This document shows positions 1 to 7,348 of a DNA stretch of 11,064 bases, piece by piece; position 1 is the stretch's first letter, and every line of letters starts with the position of its first letter. This DNA comes from Candidatus Hydrogenedentota bacterium (lineage in GTDB: Bacteria > Hydrogenedentota > Hydrogenedentia > Hydrogenedentales > SLHB01). The notes beneath the pieces are model-generated. The model did not search any database and was not told the DNA's origin. It saw nothing but the letters and a program-made list of their open reading frames with translations. A program made the translations under genes and the position numbers. Location of the stretch: assembly GCA_034408725.1 (NCBI GenBank), contig JAWXCN010000260.1:1-11064 (forward strand). Direction: 5' to 3'.

Positions 1-117
1 GGCGGCGATCATATTACGACGTTGACCAAACCGGAATTCATCAACGGCCTTCGCGCATTTTTGAAGAAGCACGAAGCGGCGGCCACGCCGCTGAAAGCAA
101 TTCAGCCCGCGGCCTAG
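1..117 (+). CDS. 3' end of a gene entering the window; probable alpha/beta-fold hydrolase C-terminus (partial)
   Basis: Frame 1 reads GGDHITTLTKPEFINGLRAFLKKHEAAATPLKAIQPAA* with TAG at 115-117. The GxxH...PEF...LRAFL pattern resembles the catalytic-His loop and final helix of alpha/beta hydrolases. Only 38 aa are visible. Confidence 0.55.
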   Translation, partial: GGDHITTLTKPEFINGLRAFLKKHEAAATPLKAIQPAA

Positions 118-172
118 AGGGGGTCCAAGCCTGGTGCGTCCATTTCGACGCACTTCAGACGAAGAGGGTTAC

Positions 173-1534
173 ATGCGAGTCTTTCATGTTGCAGTTTGTA
201 TTGCGTTCGCTTTCATAGCCTCGGCCGTAGCGCAAGACATCCGCATTTCCACGTTTCAGTCGGACATAACCCCGCCCAGGGGCGCGCCGTTGTGTGGTGG
301 GGCGGTGATGCCGGTGCGCGGGGTCGACGATCCGCTGACTGCGCGCGGCGTAGTGCTGATTGTCGAGGGCCAGCAGCCGATTGTGTTGTGCGCGCTGGAT
401 TACACGGGTCTTGCAAACGCGTCGCACGATGCGTGGCGCGACGCGATCGCGAAAGCGGCCGGCACGACGCGGGACCGTGTCGCGGTGCATTGTCTCCATC
501 AGCACGACGCGCCGGAGTTGGATAGCAGCGTCGAGGCGTTGCTTTCGGCGCAGGGGATGAGCGGCACGGCATTCAACGTGGCGTTCGCGAAAGAAGCCCT
601 GGAACGCACGGCAAAAGCCGCCGCCGATTCGATCCCCACCGCGAAGCCTGTCACGCACGTGGGGTTTGGCAAGGCCGAAGTGATCGACGTAGCGTCCAAC
701 CGCCGCGTGCTGGGTCCAGACGGCCAAGTGAAATGGATTCGCTGGTCCGCGACGAAGGACCCCGAAGCGCGCGCTCAGCCCGTGGGAACCATCGATCCGC
801 TGGTGCGCGCGGTGAGCTTCTGGAATGGCGACACACCGGTCGCCGTGCTCACGTATTACGCGACGCACCCGCAAAGTTATTACGGCATGGGCCAGGTCAC
901 GTGGGATTTCCCAGGTATCGCGCGTAAGACGATGGAAGAGGCCGTACCCGGCGCGGCGTGGATTCATTTCAATGGCGCGAGCGGAAATGTCACCGCGGGA
1001 AAATACAACGATGGGAATCCCGCGAACCGGCCCGCGCTTGCGCAGCGTTTGGCCGATGGCATGAAGAAGGCGTGGGACGGGACCATCAAGGCATCGCTGG
1101 CTGCATCCGATGTGGCGTGGAAATCGGTGGACGTTTCATTGCCGCGCCGCGCGGAGATTCCGGAGGAGCAAGAGCGCGCGCTGCTCGAAGACGCCAATGC
1201 CGACCCTGGCCAGCGCCGGCGCGCTGCGAATGAGCTGGCTTGGATTGATCGGTGTAATGCGGGCCATGAAATTTCGATAGCAAAACTTCAGCTTGGCGAA
1301 ATTGCGATTCTTCACATGCCGGGTGAATTGTTCGTCGAGTACCAGATTGCGGCACAACTCATGCGCCCCGGTTCTACAGTGTGCATGGCGGCTTATGGCG
1401 ACTACGGCATGGGATACATCGGCACGGCGGTGTCGTATGCACAGGGTGGATACGAGACGGGGTTGTATGTTTCACGGACTGCGCCGGAGGTGGAGACGGT
1501 GTTGATGGGAGCAATGCGGGGGTTGTTGGAGTAG
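173..1534 (+). CDS. Secreted neutral/alkaline ceramidase-like metallohydrolase; substrate unknown
   Basis: Long ORF. ATG at 173 follows GAGGG and starts a signal peptide (MRVFHVAVCIAFAFIASAVA-Q). Motifs DITPP, DDPLTARGVVL, HCLHQHDAP (cf. HTHSGP), YATHP, GASGNV, HMPGELF and GYI match the ceramidase-like family as I know it. Confidence 0.7.
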   Translation: MRVFHVAVCIAFAFIASAVAQDIRISTFQSDITPPRGAPLCGGAVMPVRGVDDPLTARGVVLIVEGQQPIVLCALDYTGLANASHDAWRDAIAKAAGTTRDRVAVHCLHQHDAPELDSSVEALLSAQGMSGTAFNVAFAKEALERTAKAAADSIPTAKPVTHVGFGKAEVIDVASNRRVLGPDGQVKWIRWSATKDPEARAQPVGTIDPLVRAVSFWNGDTPVAVLTYYATHPQSYYGMGQVTWDFPGIARKTMEEAVPGAAWIHFNGASGNVTAGKYNDGNPANRPALAQRLADGMKKAWDGTIKASLAASDVAWKSVDVSLPRRAEIPEEQERALLEDANADPGQRRRAANELAWIDRCNAGHEISIAKLQLGEIAILHMPGELFVEYQIAAQLMRPGSTVCMAAYGDYGMGYIGTAVSYAQGGYETGLYVSRTAPEVETVLMGAMRGLLE

Positions 1535-1537
1535 AAC

Positions 1538-1588
1538 GAAGCACGCGCTTTGCGCCTTGCGTTCCCCGGCCGGGAGCTTGGGAATGAG
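1538..1588. repeat. Degenerate REP-like palindromic element (GAAGC-ACGC-GCTTT ... GCGTTCCC...GGGAGCTTGGGAATGAG)
   Basis: Two short imperfect palindromes directly after the stop at 1534. They resemble, from memory, one half of an intergenic CTCGTTCCCAAGCTCC..GCTTGGGAACG repeat family; not verified. Confidence 0.4.
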
Positions 1589-1596
1589 AAGGGTAC

Positions 1597-1666
1597 AAAA
1601 AGAGAGGCGGAGTTCCCGGGCTGCCGCTCGCGGGGGTTGTTGCGGCCGCCTTGGGAACTCCGCTTC
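1597..1666 (-). terminator. Long hairpin / probable intrinsic terminator for the PEP-CTERM gene, possibly bidirectional
   Basis: Perfect 11-bp stem GCGGAGTTCCC (1607-1617) / GGGAACTCCGC (1653-1663), extended by an inner GCCGC/GCGGC stem. On the minus strand it is followed by CTCTCTTTTTG. It lies between convergent genes. Confidence 0.6.
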
Positions 1667-1719
1667 ATCAGCCCGATTTAATTGCGCCAGAGCGCGCTCA
1701 AATCAGCAGAAGAACGTTT

Positions 1720-2187
1720 TCAGGATGTCCGGTTAAATTTGTTCCGGAACGCGGCGAACGCCGCAAGCCCAAAACCCATCAACAATACGGTCGACGGTTC
1801 AGGGACGACTTTGCCCGCCTGAAACTCCCACGCTTCAATCGCCTTTGCCTCAGGCGAATTTGCGTTCTTGCCTAAATCCAGGTGTCCCAATTGCAAGGAA
1901 GTTACGTCTTGTTGCATGGCCGAGGGGACAATTTCAGCGCCATCAGTTGTGTCAGGAGCAGGGGCGTCCAGTAAGTAGAGAAGCGCTTCGCTATCGTCGA
2001 GCGTATAGCTACCGGTCGCTGGGCCGCTGTCCGCCGTCGTCTCCGAGGTCAACGCCGCATAATCCAGGGTGTACGCAGGAGAAGCGACCCATTGGTCACC
2101 GGCCTCTGCTACATTTCCAATAACTATGGTGGCTGCCAAACCGGTGCCGCAGCGGATTGCTGCGCGGAGCCACTTTCTCGTACTCAT
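1720..2187 (-). CDS. Small PEP-CTERM sorting-domain protein (exosortase substrate)
   Basis: C-terminus VVPEPSTVLLMGFGLAAFAAFRNKFNRTS is VPEP + transmembrane helix + basic tail. N-terminus MSTRKWLRAAIRCGTGLAATIVIGNVAEA looks like a signal peptide. The middle is acidic and Ser/Thr/Ala-rich. An alternative GTG start exists at 2208. Confidence 0.9.
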   Translation of the reverse strand: MSTRKWLRAAIRCGTGLAATIVIGNVAEAGDQWVASPAYTLDYAALTSETTADSGPATGSYTLDDSEALLYLLDAPAPDTTDGAEIVPSAMQQDVTSLQLGHLDLGKNANSPEAKAIEAWEFQAGKVVPEPSTVLLMGFGLAAFAAFRNKFNRTS

Positions 2188-2283
2188 TTCTTTTAATCCC
2201 AGACCCACACTTTGGAGCTATTTGTTCGTCCCGATGGAGCGCCACACCTAGCACTTTCCCACAGACGGAACTGGATGGGGAGG

Positions 2284-2300
2284 AGCAAGTACCTTGCCAA
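2284..2300 (-). promoter_or_regulatory. Sigma-54 (RpoN) -24/-12 promoter for the PEP-CTERM gene
   Basis: Minus strand reads TTGGCAAGGTACTTGCT, against consensus TGGCACGRNNNTTGCW, with exact GG-N10-GC spacing. It is correctly oriented about 100 bp upstream of the start. PEP-CTERM genes are known to have sigma-54 promoters in Proteobacteria. Confidence 0.8.
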
Positions 2301-2329
2301 CTACAACATGTATAGGCAAAGCTATGAGA

Positions 2330-2412
2330 TGTAATAATTTACGAGATAGAGCCTAATACGACATAGAATGTGGATATTAGGAAAATCGACAAATCAGACA
2401 GAGGGTTTGTCA
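2330..2412. promoter_or_regulatory. Candidate upstream activator (bEBP) and IHF-like sites
   Basis: AT-rich TGTAATAATTTACG (2330-2343), imperfect palindrome CCTAATA..ACAT-AGA-ATGT..TATTAGG (2352-2381), and GACA-N7-TGTC (2397-2411), at distances usual for sigma-54 enhancers. Confidence 0.35.
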
Positions 2413-2460
2413 CGCCTGATTAAGGTTTGCGTGGACCGGATGCGTGTGTGCATGTGCAGG

Positions 2461-2501
2461 AAAATGAAAAGTCCGCCCCGGGGACAGGCCCGGGGCGGAC
2501 T
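2461..2501 (-). terminator. Rho-independent terminator of the monooxygenase-like gene
   Basis: Perfect 13-bp stem AGTCCGCCCCGGG (2470-2482) / CCCGGGGCGGACT (2489-2501) with a 6-nt loop, followed on the minus strand by TTTCATTTT; 15 bp after the stop codon. Confidence 0.9.
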
Positions 2502-2516
2502 GGATTGAAAATTGGA

Positions 2517-3794
2517 TTATCTGGCGGAACTTCCGAACCCGGCGCCGGAAGCGGCGGCGAGTGTTTCGCCGGGTTTAATCCAGATGATGTCCATCCAGCC
2601 AATCATCATTTCTTCCCAGGTCTGTTCGCCCCATCGTACGGGACGCGTCGGGTCGGGGTTGGCCTTGTTTTTGTCCGAATTGTCGAAGTGGGCGATGGTT
2701 TGGATTCGCGTTCCCTTGGGAAGCACGGCAGGCTTTTCGAGGACATAGGTGGTCTGCCAGTTGAAATCGTAGTTCGGGACCCGCAACAGCGTTTCCGACT
2801 TTCCGTCGGGGTAATGCGCGATGTACTCGAACGCCTTGCCGCGGTAATGCATGTGCGGTGTCATGGCGAAGAGGACTCCGTCCGAGGGAAGGACGCTGTC
2901 CGCCTGGACTTCATGATTGTCCGCGCCGGCGGGTATCTGGAAGTCGAAGTTGATGGTTGTCGCCGTGATCATTTCATGTTGCGGCGGTGATTTCGCGAAG
3001 ACGACTCCAAGTTTCGATTTGTCGACCTCTGTTTTACCCGTGGGCGTGTAATGCATCTGGAAGACGAAGGTCGAGCCTTTCGGGACTTTGACAGCGTAGC
3101 CTTCCTGGAACACCGTAGGCATGACGCCCGGCGCAAACCCTACGAGGAACCCGCGGCCCAGCCGTTGAAATTCTTCCTTGTCGCCATTTCCAAGGTCGGG
3201 CGAGCGCACGAACACAATAATATGGTGTACGACTTTCGGGTTGCCCGCGCGCGCTTCAATGCTTTGGAGCCACATATCCTCGGTGAAATTCGTGGGAACT
3301 TCGAATTCCATGTACGGAACGACACCGGAGGGATTGATCGTCACTTCCTTTGGTATTTCAAAGATCGCGTCCGGGCTTTCGATCGCCCACTCCTGGCTGA
3401 ATTTGAGTGGTGCTGGCATGTCCGCTTCATTGCCCAGGGGATGGCCCGAATCGATCCAATTCACGATGGTCGCGATTTCTTCGTCCGTAAGGCGCCGGTC
3501 GTTCTTGAATTTGCCGACGGCGGGATCCGCGTGCCAGGGGGGCATCGTGCGGTTGGTGACGACTTCCTTGATCATTTCGCCCCAGCCTTTGGTCTGCCGG
3601 TAGCTCAAGAGCGAGAACGGCCCGATGCCGCCGGCGTGGTGGCAACCGGCGCAATGTTCCTGCATCAGGCGGGAAACTTCTTTTGCATATGTGGGGTTGC
3701 CGGTGGCTAAGGCGGGGGTGGCTTGGCCAGGCGCCTGGGCGAACGCGGCAACGCACGCGACACTGGCGCAGGCAAATAAGCGCAACGCTGGCAT
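2517..3794 (-). CDS. Secreted cytochrome c / copper type II ascorbate-dependent monooxygenase-like (PHM/DBH fold) fusion protein
   Basis: ATG at 3794 has GGAGG 7 nt upstream and starts a signal peptide. Contains CAGCH (heme c) and downstream MPPW, then VHHIIV, FQMHY, PHMHYRG, YDFNWQ and EEMM motifs typical of PHM-like domains. Confidence 0.8.
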   Translation of the reverse strand: MPALRLFACASVACVAAFAQAPGQATPALATGNPTYAKEVSRLMQEHCAGCHHAGGIGPFSLLSYRQTKGWGEMIKEVVTNRTMPPWHADPAVGKFKNDRRLTDEEIATIVNWIDSGHPLGNEADMPAPLKFSQEWAIESPDAIFEIPKEVTINPSGVVPYMEFEVPTNFTEDMWLQSIEARAGNPKVVHHIIVFVRSPDLGNGDKEEFQRLGRGFLVGFAPGVMPTVFQEGYAVKVPKGSTFVFQMHYTPTGKTEVDKSKLGVVFAKSPPQHEMITATTINFDFQIPAGADNHEVQADSVLPSDGVLFAMTPHMHYRGKAFEYIAHYPDGKSETLLRVPNYDFNWQTTYVLEKPAVLPKGTRIQTIAHFDNSDKNKANPDPTRPVRWGEQTWEEMMIGWMDIIWIKPGETLAAASGAGFGSSAR

Positions 3795-3978
3795 GAGAGG
3801 ACCTCCATGAGTAGTAGGGGCCAAACGGCCCAGATTGATAGAAGCTAGTGTACAGTGGGCGACGGTTGGTGGCAACAAAAAACTATCTAACGGTTGGTCA
3901 GAATTTTCTTGATGCCTTGCCGCCGGTGCAGTAGATTAGAGGGACTAACCCACAGGCCGTTACAAGAGGTGTTTTACG

Positions 3979-5058
3979 ATGCACAATGGTTTGAATGCGT
4001 CCTACTACAGGATTTCCGGTGCGTTTGTCTATATTTTCATGGCGATATACCTCGCCGCGCCGGTTGCGCATGCCGCAGGCCCGGAAGACGTCGTCGGCAC
4101 CTGGAAAATGGTAACCACGTTCAACGGCCAGGATAACGAGTCAGAAGTGACCTTTGAAATGAAGGACGGCGCGCTGGTGGGTTCGGCGGCGGGCCGGCGC
4201 GGCGCGCGCGAACTCTTGGACGTGACGTATGAGAACGGTCAACTCGGCTGGGGCATCATCATGCCGCGCGCGGGTAACGAGCCATTGCGCATTACCGTGA
4301 CGGTTACTGGCGAAACTTTTGACGGCGGGTTGAAGACACCGCTGGGTGAAGCCAAGGTGCGTGGCAAGAAGTGGACCGAGGCGTCAGAAAAAGAAGCGGC
4401 GGAGAAATTGAAGGCGACGCTGGGTGAATGGGACATCATCACTACGCGGGAAGGAAAAGACGTCGAAGGCACCATGCGCGTCTACCTGGACGACGATGAC
4501 AATGACGTACGTGTTATGTTCCTGACGCCGGGCACCGAGATGGATATGCGGCGCGTGCGGTTCGATGGAGAAAGCCTGACATTTAGTTCCGTAATACCGT
4601 TCGTCAGCGACGAGCCGGTGCGCGGCCAGATTACATTCGCGGAAGGTAAGTGTGAAGGGGCATTGACCGGTCCGCTGGGCGAGGTCGCGATTCGCGGCGG
4701 CATCATCGACACCACGAAACTCGTGCTCGCGCCCTATGACGATCCCGCGCCGGTGCTGGGCAACTGGGATGTGGTCGCTAACGTGAACGGGTCTGAGAGC
4801 AAGGTCAAGCTCGCGTTGGCCCCGGACGGTGAACGCGTAAAGGGCACGATCACCACGGAAAGCGGTTCATTCGACTCTCAAGAAGTTGATTTCAAAAAAG
4901 TCGGCGATAAAATGGGGCGCGTTCGCCTCGTCATCGTGCTTCCCGATCTTGGAGAGAAACCGCAGACCTTCGAGCTGATTTTCTCCGGCGACACGTTCGA
5001 AGGCGAAGAAGTGACGAACGGCGCGGTCTTCTTCACCGGAACGCGCGCGACGGGTTGA
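3979..5058 (+). CDS. Secreted hypothetical protein with three tandem ~95-100 aa beta-rich (probable beta-barrel) domains
   Basis: GAGGTG RBS before the ATG; signal peptide ending PVAHA-A. Three related units begin VVGTW (4090), TLGEW (4417) and VLGNW (4753) and end PLGEAKVRG, PLGEVAIRG and GAVFFTG. Confidence 0.75.
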   Translation: MHNGLNASYYRISGAFVYIFMAIYLAAPVAHAAGPEDVVGTWKMVTTFNGQDNESEVTFEMKDGALVGSAAGRRGARELLDVTYENGQLGWGIIMPRAGNEPLRITVTVTGETFDGGLKTPLGEAKVRGKKWTEASEKEAAEKLKATLGEWDIITTREGKDVEGTMRVYLDDDDNDVRVMFLTPGTEMDMRRVRFDGESLTFSSVIPFVSDEPVRGQITFAEGKCEGALTGPLGEVAIRGGIIDTTKLVLAPYDDPAPVLGNWDVVANVNGSESKVKLALAPDGERVKGTITTESGSFDSQEVDFKKVGDKMGRVRLVIVLPDLGEKPQTFELIFSGDTFEGEEVTNGAVFFTGTRATG

Positions 5059-5087
5059 CGCGGCGCGAGACATATCACATTCCAAAC

Positions 5088-5167
5088 GGGAGGGCGCGCG
5101 TCCCCGCGCGCTTGAGTGAATCATAGCCGTACTTACTTGCGAAGCGCGGGAGGACGCGCGCCCTCCC
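5088..5167. repeat. REP doublet (REPIN-like inverted repeat) between convergent genes
   Basis: 26-nt arms at 5088-5113 and 5142-5167 are inverted copies with 24/26 identity and a 28-nt spacer. The left arm is GGAG + G + GCGCGCG-TCCC-CGCGCGC, i.e. a tetranucleotide foot plus hairpin. Confidence 0.7.
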
Positions 5168-7348
5168 TTACTCGACTACGGCGTAAAAGGTCCTGGTTGT
5201 GACATGGTCCTTCTTATCACTGATGGTGAGCGTAATCGGGTAACGCCCCGGCGTTGCATACGCGCGTTCAACGCGAATGTCCTTGGACGTTTTTCCGTCG
5301 CCAAAATCCCACAGATTTTTTTTCAGTGAAAACGTGGGATCATACGGAACCGACAGTCCGGCGACATACGGCGGTTCAATCGTGACCGGGAGCATTCCCG
5401 CCGGCGCGCGCACAACGTCGAGGACGTTGTATGTTGTAGGAACGCCGACGAGCATTTTCATTTCGCGAACGGCGGGCATCACGCCAATCGGGGCTTGACC
5501 CACGAGGACGTCCGCGACGGCCCGCATGCTGATGTTCGTTTGGTCGGGCCGCGTATATGCCAACACAATTGCTTCGGCGCCATCAAGTTTTGGCAAGGAA
5601 TCGGGATACCCTACCAACACGACGACCACGGCAATGCCCCGGCCCTGCAACGTCGAGATCAATTTCAACTGATTGTTGATGCGAAGGTGCGGTGTGACGA
5701 CAACCACCATCGTTTTGATTCCCATAACGTGTTTCGTGATCCGATCCAGCTCAAAATCGTAGATTTCGCCGCCATGCTTGGCAGTAAGAATTTCCTGGCT
5801 GGAAACTGGCTTGATGTATTCCTCGAGCGCGTCCTTTAGCGACTCGACGCCGACGACTCCGGTCACGCCCACCGGAACGGATTTAGCCTTGTTCAGCGGC
5901 AGGATATTGTTGCGGTTCTGCACCAGCGTGATGGAGCGGCGTTCGAGTTCATACGATTCCTTCGGGTACATCCGGTTCTTCGTAAGGGCCTCAGCTTCCT
6001 TCGGCACTGGCATGGGCCGGCCGCGAAGTTTTTTCTCATCCTTCAAGGTCAGCACGCGGTGAAGCGCGGCATCGACGGTTTCCTGCTGTATGCGGCCTTC
6101 AGCGATCGCCGCTGCAATCTGGTCAACGGTTTTCATGACGCGCCGGCCAGCCTGGTTCCAGTAAACCATGTCCGCTCCGGCGCCGATGGCCATTTCGGCG
6201 GCGTCGCTTGGATCAAATTTCATAGCGATTTCCGGCGCGTCCATTGGCCCCGCGATGATGATGCCTTTGAAACCGAGCTGATCGCGGAGAAGGTCTTTCA
6301 TGATTTTGGCCGACATGCTGGCGGGGATACTGGCGGGTTCAATTGTCGGCGCCAGAATGTTTCCGACATGTATGATGGATGCGCCTTGCTCGATAGCTTT
6401 AATGAACGGAAGCAGGTCCATCGTCTCAAGCATCGTGCGGGGTGTGAGGAGGACGCCCGGACCCTCGCCTTTCCGGTTGAGGCCACCCCCTGGGAATCCC
6501 GTTGGCGCGGCGAGGATCGAATTTTCCTCGAGCGTGCGCAGAATAGTACACCCGCTTTCAGCAACAAAGCGCGGGTCGCTTCCCAGACAATCGAGCGAGC
6601 CCTTCACGCCGGGAAGTGTCGGTGCCAAATCGAATGCGGGCCCGAGGTGGAAATTGAATCCCATCGCCTTGAGATGGCCGGCAACCAGTTCGCTCAGGCG
6701 TTGCGTCACTTCGGGATCATTCGCGGCGGCCACGGCCAGGAGCGTCGGCATCGGAACGAAGGTGCGGGGAAAGTCATTGGGCGTTGGCCGTGCAAGCCCG
6801 TAGAAATTGGTGCCGATCAGCATCGGGATGCCCGTAGCCGCCTCAAGCGGCAGTTGGCGCAATTTCGTAATGTAGTCCGCGGCGGTCAATGGCCGCAACA
6901 CTTCCGGTATGACGACCCCCCCAGGGGTGTAGCGTGTCATGAATTCGATGTCGCTCGAGTTTGGCCCTGGCGCGCCCTGCAGCGTGACCAGCATGAGTTG
7001 CGCAATGCGTTCGCGAATGTCCAAGGTTTGCAACCGGTCGGCCAGGGGCGCCAACGCCATCGCGGAGGCTTCGGATTCTTCCTTGGTAGTGTCCTCTTTC
7101 TTCGGGGGCTCTTCTTTGGCGTCCGGCGCGGTTTCCTGCGCAAATACTGGCAAAAGCGCAAACATCAGCACCGCGAACAACAGCTGGATTTTGGATTGAA
7201 GAGGGAAATACTTCAATCTGTCGTCCGAAACTTCCGATGAATACGGCGCTGAAGCGGAACTTCGCATTGACCTCCGCGTTGCTTCTCGCGAAACGGTCTT
7301 GCGCTCCCCGATCCAAAATCCAAAATCCAAAATCCAAAATAGATTCAC
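5168..7348 (-). CDS. Secreted glycoside hydrolase family 3 (NagZ-like) protein with C-terminal PKD domain; probably catalytically inactive; start uncertain (GTG 7348, ATG 7267 or TTG 7216)
   Basis: GH3 scaffold motifs: [77 protein letters not shown] motif WDFGDG...[15 protein letters not shown]. Signal peptide [16 protein letters not shown]. Confidence 0.8.
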   Translation of the reverse strand: MNLFWILDFGFWIGERKTVSREATRRSMRSSASAPYSSEVSDDRLKYFPLQSKIQLLFAVLMFALLPVFAQETAPDAKEEPPKKEDTTKEESEASAMALAPLADRLQTLDIRERIAQLMLVTLQGAPGPNSSDIEFMTRYTPGGVVIPEVLRPLTAADYITKLRQLPLEAATGIPMLIGTNFYGLARPTPNDFPRTFVPMPTLLAVAAANDPEVTQRLSELVAGHLKAMGFNFHLGPAFDLAPTLPGVKGSLDCLGSDPRFVAESGCTILRTLEENSILAAPTGFPGGGLNRKGEGPGVLLTPRTMLETMDLLPFIKAIEQGASIIHVGNILAPTIEPASIPASMSAKIMKDLLRDQLGFKGIIIAGPMDAPEIAMKFDPSDAAEMAIGAGADMVYWNQAGRRVMKTVDQIAAAIAEGRIQQETVDAALHRVLTLKDEKKLRGRPMPVPKEAEALTKNRMYPKESYELERRSITLVQNRNNILPLNKAKSVPVGVTGVVGVESLKDALEEYIKPVSSQEILTAKHGGEIYDFELDRITKHVMGIKTMVVVVTPHLRINNQLKLISTLQGRGIAVVVVLVGYPDSLPKLDGAEAIVLAYTRPDQTNISMRAVADVLVGQAPIGVMPAVREMKMLVGVPTTYNVLDVVRAPAGMLPVTIEPPYVAGLSVPYDPTFSLKKNLWDFGDGKTSKDIRVERAYATPGRYPITLTISDKKDHVTTRTFYAVVE
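7311..7340. repeat. Heptamer tandem repeat (ATCCAAA)x4.3, with a short inverted copy at 7185-7197
   Basis: ATCCAAAATCCAAAATCCAAAATCCAAAAT at 7311-7340; complementary TGGATTTTGGATT at 7185-7197. Confidence 0.95.

Noticed and set aside
134-172. GTG start at 134 for the ceramidase-like gene
   Set aside because: ATG 173 has an RBS-like GAGGG and directly begins a signal peptide.
155-967. 270-aa minus-strand ORF
   Set aside because: Arg-rich antisense shadow of the ceramidase-like gene; no motifs.
2427-3710. Plus-strand ORFs 2427-2990 and 3051-3710
   Set aside because: Antisense shadows of the monooxygenase-like gene; the first also runs through a terminator hairpin.
3795-3878. N-terminal extension of the monooxygenase ORF to 3878
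   Set aside because: ATG 3794 has a GGAGG RBS and begins a signal peptide; the extension has neither.
3795-3978. Second sigma-54 promoter in the divergent intergenic region (TGGCAAC near 3870)
   Set aside because: No GC at the required GG-N10-GC spacing.
7311-7340. CRISPR interpretation of the short repeats
   Set aside because: Contiguous 7-mers with no spacers and no cas genes.
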